30,928 bases of DNA from Capsulimonadales bacterium (GTDB lineage Bacteria; Armatimonadota; Armatimonadia; Armatimonadales; Armatimonadaceae), in NCBI GenBank assembly GCA_033762295.1, contig JANRLW010000059.1, positions 1 through 30,928 on the forward strand, given 5' to 3'. Made by a program: the position numbers and the translations under genes. Below the pieces are notes generated by a model that was not told the DNA's origin, ran no database searches, and saw only the letters and a program-made list of their open reading frames with translations. Below are positions 18,336 to 28,293 of the stretch, one piece after another (positions within the stretch are counted from its first letter, which is position 1; every line of letters starts with the position of its first letter).

Positions 18336-19430
18336 ATGCAGGCGATTCGAATACTATCGGTCGTTGTCGCGGGGCTTGCGTGCGCACCGGTTTTTGCGCA
18401 GAATGCCGGAAAAAAGAAACCGGCCAGGCCGACGCCCCCGGCGAATCAGGTGAAGGGTCAACAGCAGTTGGCCGGGGTGAACGGTCGGTTCGGAACGGTC
18501 TACACCCTGAAGTCCGGATTTAACTATGCGATTTTAGGAGCGAAGTACACTATGGAACCGCTCCCCGCCTATTCCGTTCTCTATGTCGGTCGTGACGAAA
18601 AACTGTTTGTCGTTCAGGTCGCGATCAAGAACTCCAACCCGGACGACACGCCCTTCGATGGCAGCCAGCATCGTCTGACGATCGTGGACGCCGATAACCG
18701 GACCTACACCGGTTACGATTATCTGTTGCAGAGTCAACCGAGTGTCTCCTTTTTCCCCAATGTCCGCCCCGGACAGGGATACGGACAGGGAACGGATCTG
18801 CTTCAGGTCGGTGTCAAAATCCCGGCAAAGGCGAGGATCGTCAAAATCATGCTCGATCAGGGTCGAAAAGGACGCAACGAGGAGGTCGTTCGCTACTACC
18901 TCGCCGGAGCGACGAAGGCCGAAGCGGGCGAGGACGGCGATCCGGCGAATAAGGTCACTCCCCTTCCGGCGGAGTTTCGTGCCGAGGGCGATTCGACCGG
19001 TTCTCTCGTTGCCTCCCCGCTGAAGGCACGTATCGGTGCCTTCGTTCCGTCCGGCGCGTTCGCGCTCCGCCTCGACGGCGTTACCTACTCCACGACGGAA
19101 ACCTACAACGGAGCCGCGCCGGAGGAAGGAAAACGATACCTGATCGCCACGGTCACGGCCCGGTACATCGGAACGGGTGAGAATCAGATGTACTACGTCA
19201 TCAGCACCGGCGAGCAGGCGAAACTGGTCGATGCCACCGGTGAGGATAGTACGTTTGTCGGGGTTCGTAAAGCGATGAGAGATGAAGACCCGGAAAAGAC
19301 CTTCAAACCGGGCGACACTTACGCGTTCCGTGTCTTTTTCTCCCTTCCCAAGGATGCCACGGGCAAAACGCTGAGCCTTTCGGCCGGGGACGGTCCGCTG
19401 TTCGACTTCGATCTGAGCGACTCAAAATAA
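18336..19430 (+). CDS. Secreted hypothetical protein with two similar beta-rich (DUF4352-like) domains
   Basis: Signal peptide ending 'VFA-Q', SD GAGG. Repeated pattern 'EKLFVVQVAIKN...LTIVDADN' and 'KRYLIATVTAR...KLVDATG'. Confidence 0.6.
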   Translation: MQAIRILSVVVAGLACAPVFAQNAGKKKPARPTPPANQVKGQQQLAGVNGRFGTVYTLKSGFNYAILGAKYTMEPLPAYSVLYVGRDEKLFVVQVAIKNSNPDDTPFDGSQHRLTIVDADNRTYTGYDYLLQSQPSVSFFPNVRPGQGYGQGTDLLQVGVKIPAKARIVKIMLDQGRKGRNEEVVRYYLAGATKAEAGEDGDPANKVTPLPAEFRAEGDSTGSLVASPLKARIGAFVPSGAFALRLDGVTYSTTETYNGAAPEEGKRYLIATVTARYIGTGENQMYYVISTGEQAKLVDATGEDSTFVGVRKAMRDEDPEKTFKPGDTYAFRVFFSLPKDATGKTLSLSAGDGPLFDFDLSDSK

Positions 19431-19530
19431 CGGCGGCCGACACCGTTCGTCGCCGGAAAGCCTGAATCCGGAGGAGACGCCGCCTTCCGGGAACACGACG
19501 GATTAATGGTACACTGACGGTGTACCCGTT

Positions 19531-20424
19531 ATGTTGAAATCAGGCATTTTCCGTAATATCTGGCAGAGCGTCGACGCCCTCGTGACCGGACGGGGGCGTG
19601 TCGACGAGAACCTTTTCGACGAGTTCGAGGAGGCTCTGCTATCGGCCGACCTCTCGGTCAAAACGACCGATAAAATTCTGCGCGACCTTCGCTCGTTCGT
19701 TCGCAACGAACGCCTTCCGGACGCCGCCGCGGTTCGGGATCGCCTCGCGCAATCGCTCATCGCCGCTCTCGGCAATCCCGCCGATACCGGCCTCAAAATC
19801 TCCGCGACGCCGCCTACCCTGTACCTGATGGTCGGCGTCAACGGAGTCGGCAAAACCACCAGCCTGGGCAAACTCGCCTACCGCGAAGCGAAAGCGGGCA
19901 AAAAGGTGATGCTGGCGGCCGGAGATACCTTTCGCGCCGCCGCCGCCGACCAGCTGGGAATCTGGGCCGAACGCGCCGGAGCCGATTTTATCCGCCAGCA
20001 TGAGCATAGCGACCCGGCCGCCGTCGTCTATGATGCGATCAACGCGGCGAAAACGCGCGGCACCGATCTGATTCTGGTCGATACCGCCGGACGCCTGCAT
20101 ACGAAATCCAACCTGATGGAGGAACTGCGGAAGATCGGCCGCGTCTGCGAACGGGAACTTGGCCGCAAACCGGATGAGATACTGCTGGCGTTGGACGCCA
20201 CGACCGGACAGAACGCGGTTCGTCAGGCGCAGGAGTTTATCGGCGCGGTCGGCGTTACCGGCATCGTCCTCGCCAAACTCGACGGGACAGCCCGCGGCGG
20301 AATCGTCATCACCCTGCGCGAGCAACTCGGCGTCCCGGTCAAACTGGTCGGAGTCGGAGAGCAGCCGGGCGATCTCCTGCCCTTCGACCCGGCGACCTTC
20401 GTCGAAGCGATGATGTCGGATTAG
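19531..20424 (+). CDS. ftsY: Signal recognition particle receptor FtsY (short, NG-domain only)
   Basis: '[15 protein letters not shown]', '[11 protein letters not shown]', 'DTAGRLH', 'DATTGQN', 'KLDGTARGG', 'GVGE'. Confidence 0.97.
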   Translation: MLKSGIFRNIWQSVDALVTGRGRVDENLFDEFEEALLSADLSVKTTDKILRDLRSFVRNERLPDAAAVRDRLAQSLIAALGNPADTGLKISATPPTLYLMVGVNGVGKTTSLGKLAYREAKAGKKVMLAAGDTFRAAAADQLGIWAERAGADFIRQHEHSDPAAVVYDAINAAKTRGTDLILVDTAGRLHTKSNLMEELRKIGRVCERELGRKPDEILLALDATTGQNAVRQAQEFIGAVGVTGIVLAKLDGTARGGIVITLREQLGVPVKLVGVGEQPGDLLPFDPATFVEAMMSD

Positions 20425-20445
20425 ACATCGGTTCGTCGAAGGTCG

Positions 20446-21696
20446 TCAGCGGTGGTAGCCCACGAGTTCCATGAAACCGCGCCCGGTCAGCAGGTTGCCG
20501 TCCTTATCGGCCCCTTCGACTTTCACCGCCCCCTCCCAGATCGCGTCACCGATGCCGATCACGGGAATCGTCTGTTTCGGGAACGACGGGGTGACCCGGA
20601 GTTTGTAGCCGACGGTTGGAAGCGAGATCTCCCAGCGGGCCGGGAACGCGATCCTCGAAACCGGGTCGCGCCACGCTTCGCCCGTTCGCTTGATCTCCGG
20701 TTCCGTTTCGACGATCTGCTTGCCCTCGGCGGTCAGGAGCGTGGCCCGGTACCGAATGATCTTGCCGGTACCGACCTCGCGGATGCGATCGATGATCAGA
20801 TCATCGCCGTTGTCCAGTTGCAGACCGAACCAGTCCCAACCATAGGTCGTGACGAAATCCCCCAGTCCCCATTGCCGGTCGAGCCAGCCGCTTCCGGCGA
20901 ACTTTTCGACCACACCGTCCCCACCGGTAAGCGTTCCCGACGCCTCCATCCGGGTCAGGGAAAGGTAGTAAAAATCCTCGGGGCGTCGGATACCGGTATG
21001 TCCCTTACCGCCGGGCAGCATGGCCGGACGATCCGGCTGGGAGAGGTGCAGGTCGAGCATCCAGTCCTCTCCGTTCAACTGAACATTCCACTTGCGTCCG
21101 TCCGCCGAAACCTGGGACAGCGTATTGTTTTCGAAGGCGATGGAAAAAAGGTCCGATTTCGAGACGACGGCATTGCCGTTGAGAAGCTGGTGCGGTGCCG
21201 GCAGTTCGCCGCGCTGCAACTGACGAAGCAGACGCATCGGACGGGGATCGTCGGGACGCGCGCTCGCCGCCAGAGCAACGACGCTGGTCAGCTGCCCGAT
21301 CTCGTTCCGGTCCAGAATGGAATAGGAGTCATGCTCGCCGGTTTCCAGGTCGATTTTGGAGAAGATGAGATAATGCCCTTTTTTCGTCGCGGATAGCCCG
21401 GTTCGAAAGAACGAGCCAACGATCGCCAGATTTCGCCCGGTCTCGGTTTTGACGAAGGTATTGAAGTACCACCATTCGATGTGGGCCGCGCCGTCGTGCG
21501 GCCCGGCATCCTTCGGAAAACCGACGGTCTTCTCCGCGCGCGGTTCGGTTGGTTCGCTTTTGACGGCGACGGTCGTTTTTTTCGGGGGAGTTTTTTGAGC
21601 GAAGCCCGACGCAATGGGCCACAGGCCGACGAGAAGGAGCGCCAGCGCGGCGCGAACGTACCGGTTTCCTCCGGAAAGTCCGGGCAAATCGATCAT
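20446..21696 (-). CDS. Secreted lipocalin-like CrtC/AttH family protein
   Basis: Signal peptide, 'FPKDAGPH..EWWYF', 'YYLSLTRM', 'GSGWLDRQWG', 'GWDWFGLQLDNG', 'WEGAV', 'GRGFMELVGY'. Confidence 0.85.
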   Translation of the reverse strand: MIDLPGLSGGNRYVRAALALLLVGLWPIASGFAQKTPPKKTTVAVKSEPTEPRAEKTVGFPKDAGPHDGAAHIEWWYFNTFVKTETGRNLAIVGSFFRTGLSATKKGHYLIFSKIDLETGEHDSYSILDRNEIGQLTSVVALAASARPDDPRPMRLLRQLQRGELPAPHQLLNGNAVVSKSDLFSIAFENNTLSQVSADGRKWNVQLNGEDWMLDLHLSQPDRPAMLPGGKGHTGIRRPEDFYYLSLTRMEASGTLTGGDGVVEKFAGSGWLDRQWGLGDFVTTYGWDWFGLQLDNGDDLIIDRIREVGTGKIIRYRATLLTAEGKQIVETEPEIKRTGEAWRDPVSRIAFPARWEISLPTVGYKLRVTPSFPKQTIPVIGIGDAIWEGAVKVEGADKDGNLLTGRGFMELVGYHR

Positions 21697-21829
21697 TGTT
21701 TATGTCTCCCTCGTTTCCACTATTCACTAGATGCAAACGCGCAAAGGTCGTGCCATGGTTCCCACGCGGCGGCCTGTTGATTATTTCTCCGACCGTCTTT
21801 TTTCCACGGCGATCCGTGGGCCTGTCCGA

Positions 21830-21862
21830 AAAACGCAAAAGGGACGGAAAACTCCGTCCCTT
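21830..21862 (-). terminator. Rho-independent terminator for the sugar isomerase gene
   Basis: aagggacgga-aaac-tccgtccctt hairpin. On the minus strand it is followed by a T-rich tail (TTGCGTTTTT). Confidence 0.75.
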
Positions 21863-21885
21863 CGAGTAAACGCCTGCCAGGAAGT

Positions 21886-22887
21886 TCAGTCTTTGGCCCA
21901 GAACATCGGACCGGGCTTTTCGTTGACGATGGACCGTTTCAAGACATCGAGGGCCTTGTGCAGACCTTCCTTGGTTGAGAGCATGCCGTCTTCATGCTCG
22001 ATGGAGAGGACATAATCGTAGTCCACCATGCGGAGCGTGCTGACGAAGTCCTTCCACCAGGCCTCATCGTGGCCGTAGCCGACCGAGCGGAAGACCCAGG
22101 AGCGTTCGAGAATCGCACCGTACGATTTGGTGTCCAGGTTGCCGTTGTGGGCGGCGTTGGTCGGGTCGATGCGGGTATCCTTGGCATGCGCGTGGAAGAT
22201 CGCGCCGTTCTTGCCGAGTTCGCGGACCGCCTGCAGGGGATCGATTCCCTGCCACCAGAGATGGGACGGGTCAAAATTCGCACCGATATTGTCTCCGGCG
22301 ACCTTCCGCAACCGAAGGAGCGTATCGTTATTGTAGACGATGAAACCGGGATGCATCTCGATGGCGAAGCGAACACCGTGCTGTTTGAGGAATCGATTCT
22401 GCGCACGCCAGTACTTGCCGGCGGTTTTCCACTGGTAATCGAGGATCTCGCGGTATTCGTCGGGCCAGGCGCAGGTGACCCAGTTCGGGTTTTTGGCGCG
22501 CGGATTGTCGCCGGGGCAGCCGGAAAAACCGTTGACCGTCGCCTGCGGCATGATACCGTCCTGGTACAGCTTCTCGGCGAGCAGAACGGCGTTTTCAAAC
22601 GCGGCATGGTGCTCCGCCGCGACGTCCCGGTTCGGATGCAGCGGGTTTCCGTGGACCGAAACCGCCGAGATAATCAGGTTGCGGCTTTTGGCGGCATCCA
22701 CCAGAGCCTTTCGTTTCCCGTCATCCTGGGCGAGGGCGACGATACCGCCGCAGTCGTCCAGGTGTCGCGAACCGGGATAGGCGCCACCGCCCAGTTCCAC
22801 CGATTCGATTCCGGCACCGGCAATATAATCGAGCGCTTCCTCAATGGGCCGGTCATGGAATAAAGCCGTAAAGATTCCGATTTTCAT
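21886..22887 (-). CDS. Sugar phosphate isomerase/epimerase (xylose isomerase-like TIM barrel)
   Basis: 'SVHGNPLHP', 'FSGCPGD', 'IEMHPG', 'NFDPSHLWWQGIDP', 'HAHAKD', 'RSWVFRSVGYGH', 'SIEHED'. ATG at 22887 (MKIGIF). Confidence 0.9.
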   Translation of the reverse strand: MKIGIFTALFHDRPIEEALDYIAGAGIESVELGGGAYPGSRHLDDCGGIVALAQDDGKRKALVDAAKSRNLIISAVSVHGNPLHPNRDVAAEHHAAFENAVLLAEKLYQDGIMPQATVNGFSGCPGDNPRAKNPNWVTCAWPDEYREILDYQWKTAGKYWRAQNRFLKQHGVRFAIEMHPGFIVYNNDTLLRLRKVAGDNIGANFDPSHLWWQGIDPLQAVRELGKNGAIFHAHAKDTRIDPTNAAHNGNLDTKSYGAILERSWVFRSVGYGHDEAWWKDFVSTLRMVDYDYVLSIEHEDGMLSTKEGLHKALDVLKRSIVNEKPGPMFWAKD

Positions 22888-23014
22888 TGCGTTTGTCCCC
22901 ACAATAAATTAGTGGCTTCGAAAGTGAAATCCTGCGAGATTGCCGGGTAAGGCATCCGCTTCGGGGAGATAATAACACAATTGTTCGTTCTCTGTAAACT
23001 CTCCGGCCCCGGGG

Positions 23015-23023
23015 TGTTATAAT
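23015..23023 (+). promoter_or_regulatory. Extended -10 promoter (TGnTATAAT), probably leaderless for the GT4 gene
   Basis: TGTTATAAT at 23015-23023, 6 nt before GTG 23030, with no SD. Confidence 0.65.
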
Positions 23024-23029
23024 GCACCG

Positions 23030-24184
23030 GTGATACGGATCGCCCATATTATAACGGGTTTGCGAACCGGCGGCGCGGAAACGATGCTTTTCAAGCTCCT
23101 CTCTCGAACGTCCCCGGACCGCTTCCGTCCGTCCGTCTGGTGCCTTACGGACGACGGTCCGGTCGCCGACCGCATCCGCGAACTGAACATCCCGGTCACC
23201 TGTCTCGGGATGCGCCGTGGCCTGCCCGATATGGCCGGCGTCCTGCGACTTTCGGCGCAGCTTCGCGCCTTCCGCCCGGAGATCGTCCAGACCTGGCTCT
23301 ACCATGCGGACGTCGCCGGGGGCATCGCCGCCCGGATGGCCGGATGCCGCACGGTCGTCTGGAATATCCGTAACTCCTCCTTTGACCCGTCCCGCGCCAA
23401 ACGCGCGACCGTTCTGCTCGCCCGGGTCGGCGCGCGGCTTTCCCGGTCGATTCCGGACGCGATCCTTTGCTGCTCCGAGGTGGCGAAACGGGAGCATATC
23501 GCCCTCGGCTATGCGTCCGAACGGTTCGTCCTCCTCCCGAACGGTTTCGACATCCGTCAGCTAAAGCCGGACCCCGACGCGCGCGTAGCGGTCCGGTCCG
23601 AACTGAAATTTCCGGCGGAGACGCCGCTCGTCGGCATGGTCGCCCGATTCGATCCACAGAAGGACCACGACAACTTCCTTCGGGCGGCGGCCCGAATCGC
23701 CGCCGTTCGTCCGGACGTCGGCTTTGTCTGCTGCGGGGATGGCGTCGACCCCGACCAGCCGGCGCTGCGCTCACGGGCGGCGTCGGGCGGGATCGGCGAA
23801 CGGGTTCGTTTCCTCGGACGGCGGAGCGATATCCCGCGTCTGAACGCCGCCTTCGATGTCGCGGTCTCCTCCTCCCGGTACGGTGAGGGTTTTCCCAACG
23901 TGATCGGCGAGGCGATGGCGTGCGGCGTTCCCTGCGTCGTCACGGAGAGCGGCGACGGCCCTTTCCTGGTCGGCGACACGGGGAAAGTCGTCCCAACGGG
24001 GAACGATGCCGCTCTCGCGGACGCCCTTCTGGAACTTCTTTCTCTTCCGCCGGAACGACGTGCCGAACGCGGTCAGGCCGCCCGGCAACGGGTCATCGAC
24101 CATTTTGAGATCGGGGCGGTCGCCGAGCGGTATGCGGAATTCTACGTCTCCCTCCTTTCCCGTCGCTCCGGAGTTCCCGCCTGA
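23030..24184 (+). CDS. Glycosyltransferase family 4
   Basis: 'HIITGLRTGGAETML', 'VQTWLYHAD', 'VARFDPQKDH', 'EGFPNVIGEAMACGVPCV' (EX7E). Confidence 0.93.
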   Translation: MIRIAHIITGLRTGGAETMLFKLLSRTSPDRFRPSVWCLTDDGPVADRIRELNIPVTCLGMRRGLPDMAGVLRLSAQLRAFRPEIVQTWLYHADVAGGIAARMAGCRTVVWNIRNSSFDPSRAKRATVLLARVGARLSRSIPDAILCCSEVAKREHIALGYASERFVLLPNGFDIRQLKPDPDARVAVRSELKFPAETPLVGMVARFDPQKDHDNFLRAAARIAAVRPDVGFVCCGDGVDPDQPALRSRAASGGIGERVRFLGRRSDIPRLNAAFDVAVSSSRYGEGFPNVIGEAMACGVPCVVTESGDGPFLVGDTGKVVPTGNDAALADALLELLSLPPERRAERGQAARQRVIDHFEIGAVAERYAEFYVSLLSRRSGVPA

Positions 24185-24185
24185 C

Positions 24186-26138
24186 ATGTGCGGACTCGCC
24201 GGTTTCCTCGATCCGTCCGACCGCCGATCCGTCGAGGAGCGCACGACCATTATTGAGAGGATGGCGGGCGTCCTCGCTCACCGCGGCCCGGACGACTCCG
24301 GCCTCTGGCAGGACGTCCGTGCCGGGGTCGCCCTCGGGTTTCGCCGCCTCGCCATCCGCGACCTGTCCCCCGCCGGTCACCAGCCGATGCGGTCCGCCTC
24401 CGGTCGTTTCGTCCTGGTCTTTAACGGCGAGGTCTACAACTCCGAGGAGATTCGCGCGGAGCTTGCGGCGACCGGCCGTTCCCCCTCCTGGCGCGGCACC
24501 TCCGACACCGAGACCATGCTTGCCGCGATCGAAACCTGGGGCCTTTCCGCAGCGGTGGGACGGTTCGTCGGTATGTTCGCACTGGCGGTCCGGGACAACG
24601 AAAGACGGACCCTTTCGCTGGTTCGCGACCGCCTGGGGATCAAACCGCTGTATTACGGGTCCGCCGGTCGTGCCATCGTGTTCGGCTCGGAACTCAAAGC
24701 CCTTTGCGCCCACCCGGACTTCCTGCCGGAGATCGACCCGGTCGCCCTGACCCGGTTCCTCCGGTACGCGTATGTGCCGACGCCGCTGAGTATTTATCGG
24801 AATGCCGCGAAACTTCCCCCCGGCACGATCCTGACCTTTACGGAAAACGACACCGCGTTCTCCCCACGCCCCGTTCCCTACTGGTCCCTGACGGAGACCG
24901 TCAACACCGCCCTCCGTGAGCCGTTCACCGGTTCCGAGGAGGAGGCGACCGACGCCTTTCTGGAACGGGCGCGGCAGGCGGTCCGACTGCGTCTGATCGC
25001 CGATGTTCCCCTCGGCGCGTTTCTCTCCGGCGGCCTCGACTCCTCGCTGGTCGTCGCCCTGATGCAGGAGGCGTCCTCTCGTCCGGTTCGAACTTTCTGC
25101 ATCGGTTTCACGGAGGAGGCGTACAACGAGGCGGACCAGGCGCGAGCGGTGGCCGCGGCATTGGGTACCGACCACACAGAGCGTCTGGCGACGCCGGAAG
25201 AGGCGATGTCGGTCATCCCGCGCCTGCCCGCGATGTACGATGAACCGTTCGCCGACCCCTCGCAAATCCCGACGTTTCTCGTCTCCGAACTGGCGCGGCG
25301 GCAGGTAACGGTGTCGTTGTCCGGTGACGGCGGCGACGAACTGCTGGCGGGTTACAACGCCTACACGCACGGTGAGGAGATCCGGCAGATCGCCCGCCGC
25401 CTCGGCGTCTTCCGTGGGGCGGCGGCCGGGGCGATAAAGACGTTCCCGCCGCAATTCTACCGGCACGTTTTGCGCGGTCGTTACACCGGCGACCGCCTTC
25501 ATAAGCTGGCGGACCTCCTGACGCAGGACCCCCTGGTCCATCACCGACAGCTAATGAGCCACTGGAAGTCTCCGTCCGCCCTGACCGGCGTTCCCGAACC
25601 GGAGGAAGCCTGGCTTTTGCCGGAGGTCGTCCCGCCGCCGCATCGGTCCTGGACCCCGATCGAGGAGGCGATGTTCCGGGACACGCTCACCTACCTTCCG
25701 GACGACATCCTGACCAAGGTGGACCGGGCGAGCATGGCTGTTTCGCTGGAGGCTCGTGTACCGTTACTGGACCACCGGCTGGTGGCCTTTTGCTGGTCGC
25801 TACCGATGTCGTACAAACGTCGGGACGGTCGGACGAAACGGGTACTTCGCCGGGCACTGGAGCGATACCTGCCGCGCGAGCTTTTCGACCGACCGAAACG
25901 GGGTTTCGGAGTGCCGATCGACGACTGGCTTCGTGGGCCGCTTCGTCCCTGGGCGGAGGAGTTGCTCTCGGAAGCCGCGCTTCGGGAAGACGGTTGGCTG
26001 GACCCGAAACCGATCCGCGCCGCCTGGGAGGCTCACCGGACGGGCGTACGAAACTACCCCGGCCCGCTCTGGTGCGTCCTGATGTACCGCGCCTGGCGCG
26101 AATCGGGCGCGTCTACCGCCTGTCGGTCAGAGTATTGA
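24186..26138 (+). CDS. asnB: Asparagine synthase (glutamine-hydrolysing) family amidotransferase
   Basis: N-terminal 'MCGLAG', 'HRGPD', 'FNGEVYN', 'RDRLGIKPLYY', 'FLSGGLDSS', 'LSGDGGDEL', 'KVDRASMAVSLEARVPLLD'. Start ATG at 24186. Confidence 0.95.
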   Translation: MCGLAGFLDPSDRRSVEERTTIIERMAGVLAHRGPDDSGLWQDVRAGVALGFRRLAIRDLSPAGHQPMRSASGRFVLVFNGEVYNSEEIRAELAATGRSPSWRGTSDTETMLAAIETWGLSAAVGRFVGMFALAVRDNERRTLSLVRDRLGIKPLYYGSAGRAIVFGSELKALCAHPDFLPEIDPVALTRFLRYAYVPTPLSIYRNAAKLPPGTILTFTENDTAFSPRPVPYWSLTETVNTALREPFTGSEEEATDAFLERARQAVRLRLIADVPLGAFLSGGLDSSLVVALMQEASSRPVRTFCIGFTEEAYNEADQARAVAAALGTDHTERLATPEEAMSVIPRLPAMYDEPFADPSQIPTFLVSELARRQVTVSLSGDGGDELLAGYNAYTHGEEIRQIARRLGVFRGAAAGAIKTFPPQFYRHVLRGRYTGDRLHKLADLLTQDPLVHHRQLMSHWKSPSALTGVPEPEEAWLLPEVVPPPHRSWTPIEEAMFRDTLTYLPDDILTKVDRASMAVSLEARVPLLDHRLVAFCWSLPMSYKRRDGRTKRVLRRALERYLPRELFDRPKRGFGVPIDDWLRGPLRPWAEELLSEAALREDGWLDPKPIRAAWEAHRTGVRNYPGPLWCVLMYRAWRESGASTACRSEY

Positions 26139-27210
26139 TCAGTTTTCGGGCGTCGAAAATCAGGAAGTTTTTCGGTCCACTGTTCATCGCGACCAGGATT
26201 CCGGCGGGGAACGCGTCGCCCAGCCGTCGCGCGGTTATCTCGATCCCGTCGGTTTCGTCGGCCCCGCCGTTCCAGCGAGCGATCTCGCGGTGGGCGTGCG
26301 GATTGCCCGGTTCCCCTTCGCGCGTGAAGACGCGGTAGACCGATCCGCCGTCCGCCGCCGGGATCTGGTCGGTACAGATCAGATACCCGCTTTTCGGCCC
26401 CGTCGGATAGAGAGCGATTCCTTCATGGTCGCCTTTGAAATCGGCGGTCGCGAATCGGGCCAGCTCGCGGTCGGGGTCCGGTGCGTCGGGGTCGGCGGCG
26501 TACTTTCGGACGCCGACGCCCTCGTCGGAATAGTAGACAAAACCAAGGTCGTCGTCCACGGCGATCGACTCGATCTCCTTCTTTCCGGAGTAGTTGCCGA
26601 ACGCTCGCACCTTTTCTGCCGTGACCTTGCCTTTGCCGTCCTCCCTGAGGCGGTACTGCCAGAGGTAGCCGGTGGTCGGACCGGACTTACGCCCGACAAT
26701 GGCGAAGATGGCGCCGTCTTTCGGGCGTCGATAAAGCGCGACTCCCATCGGGGCGGCGGCATCGCCGGTTTCGCCGCCGAAGACCGGAATACCGTTCGGG
26801 GCGATCTCGGAAAGCGTCCCGTCGTCCGGCCGCAAGGCGAAGAGGCGGATTCGGGACGTGTTCCGCTCGGTGACCACCACAAGGTCGGTTTTTGTTCCGT
26901 TCAGGGAGAACCCGTACTCGATATCGACATTATTGGGTCGGTCGAGTCCGCGAACGATCTGCCGGATGTCGCCTTTCAGATCGAACACATAGAGTGCCCC
27001 ACCTTCGGTGGCGGAAACCTTGTTGGTGCCGACAATCCGGCTTTCGGCGGGGTTTACGGGGTGGACCCAGATCGCCGGATCGTCCGGATCGTTGGCGACG
27101 GGTCGGGTCGCCAGGGCGGGAGTGACGGCCACGGTCGGGGTCCGGGCGACGGAGGGCAGCGCGACGATCAGGGCGAGGGTCAGGAGAGTCAGGCAGGGGG
27201 GACGATGCAT
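26113..27210 (-). CDS. Beta-propeller 3-phytase, secreted
   Basis: Signal peptide, 'DPDDPAIWVHP', 'GTNK', 'RPNNVDI', 'EIESIAVDD', 'YSDE', 'DHEGIALY', 'ETDGIE'. Confidence 0.9.
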   Translation of the reverse strand: MHRPPCLTLLTLALIVALPSVARTPTVAVTPALATRPVANDPDDPAIWVHPVNPAESRIVGTNKVSATEGGALYVFDLKGDIRQIVRGLDRPNNVDIEYGFSLNGTKTDLVVVTERNTSRIRLFALRPDDGTLSEIAPNGIPVFGGETGDAAAPMGVALYRRPKDGAIFAIVGRKSGPTTGYLWQYRLREDGKGKVTAEKVRAFGNYSGKKEIESIAVDDDLGFVYYSDEGVGVRKYAADPDAPDPDRELARFATADFKGDHEGIALYPTGPKSGYLICTDQIPAADGGSVYRVFTREGEPGNPHAHREIARWNGGADETDGIEITARRLGDAFPAGILVAMNSGPKNFLIFDARKLINTLTDRR

Positions 27211-27246
27211 AGGGGTGGTTCCGGAGGTAGGAAAGTGAAAATCAGG

Positions 27247-27276
27247 CGGGGGAAGCGTCCGACGACGCTTCCCCCG
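27247..27276 (-). terminator. 13-bp hairpin between the prepilin-like gene and phytase
   Basis: cgggggaagcgtc-cgac-gacgcttcccccg. The minus-strand tail cctgattttcacttt is only a weak U-tract. Confidence 0.55.
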
Positions 27277-27294
27277 AACGGTTTCAAGGGGTTC

Positions 27295-28212
27295 TTACGG
27301 CAGACAGGGCTGACCGTTGTCCGGGCGAACGGTGTCATTTGCCGGCTGAGTCCAGGGTCCGCAGTCGTTCGTGGAGTCGCGGGATCCCGGAGGCGTGACC
27401 CAGTTGGCGCGGGTGCCGGAGGAGGAGGTCAGCGTTCCGGTCCAGGCGGCGCGACGCCACTTGGCGTGTCCGTCGACGAACGTGACGTTGAAACCGCCGG
27501 TGTGTCGGACCTGGAGTCCGACCCAGTTGTTCGGGACGCCGACGACATCACGGGAGAGTTCGTCGCCTTCGAGTTCGGACTTGTTGCCTTCGAGGAGCAT
27601 GTAGGAGTCGGCGGGCGCTTCCCATCCGGCGAGGACGGGACCTTCGCCCGGATAGACCTGGTCGCAGAGATGCTCGTTGATGGAGTAGGAGTTGTACCAC
27701 TTGAATACACCGTCGGCATCCTTGATCAGGTTCCAGTTATCCCGGAGCCACTGATCGGCCGCCGCCTCGGAGCCATACGGGGTGAGGAAGTAGTAGCCGT
27801 AGTCATCATCGGCGCCCATGCTCATCTGCTGCGGGTTGCCGGTATCGCTCGGGCAGTTAAAGATGGAGCCGCCCTTCTGCTGAATGTTGCCGGCGCGCTG
27901 CTTGATGTAGGGATAGAAATGGAACATCCAGAAGTCCTTGCCCCAGTCGCCTTCGTTGGGTGCTTCGGGATCGGGGTTCACGCCGGCGTTGGACGGGAAC
28001 CGCTCGTCATAGTCCTGAATGTACATCAGGGCGGCGAGTCCGATCTGCTTCATGTTGGAAAGGCAGGTGATTGCGCGGGCTTTTTCGCGTGCCTGCGCAA
28101 AGACCGGGAACAGGATGGCGGCGAGGATAGCGATGATGGCGATAACGACGAGCAGTTCGATCAGCGTGAACGCTGCCGGGCGGGTCGTTCGGGCGAACGG
28201 ATTTCGGGACAA
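27295..28212 (-). CDS. Prepilin-type N-terminal cleavage/methylation protein, DUF1559/H-X9-DG family
   Basis: '[45 protein letters not shown]', 'QDYDERFP', 'FNCPSD', '[16 protein letters not shown]'. TTG start with SD GGAGG. Confidence 0.92.
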   Translation of the reverse strand: MSRNPFARTTRPAAFTLIELLVVIAIIAILAAILFPVFAQAREKARAITCLSNMKQIGLAALMYIQDYDERFPSNAGVNPDPEAPNEGDWGKDFWMFHFYPYIKQRAGNIQQKGGSIFNCPSDTGNPQQMSMGADDDYGYYFLTPYGSEAAADQWLRDNWNLIKDADGVFKWYNSYSINEHLCDQVYPGEGPVLAGWEAPADSYMLLEGNKSELEGDELSRDVVGVPNNWVGLQVRHTGGFNVTFVDGHAKWRRAAWTGTLTSSSGTRANWVTPPGSRDSTNDCGPWTQPANDTVRPDNGQPCLP

Positions 28213-28293
28213 GGATTGGCCTCCAGGGTGTGAAAATGCTTCGGGTTATTGAACGGACAGCAGACACGACAAAATCGCTTGCAATAACTCCGA

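Noticed and set aside
13494..21696. Carotenoid or photosynthesis cluster from the GGR-like and CrtC-like genes
   Set aside because: The genes are ~6 kb apart, no crtB/crtI/bch genes are present, and the CrtC-like protein has a signal peptide (AttH-like).
2571..25544. Other long antisense ORFs (2571-3794, 6256-7671, 8135-9628, 14922-16268, 24093-25544 and similar)
   Set aside because: Each mirrors a clearly recognisable gene on the opposite strand.
26290..28233. 647-aa plus-strand ORF
   Set aside because: It is an antisense shadow of the phytase and prepilin-like genes, with no motifs. Such shadows are typical of high-GC codon bias.
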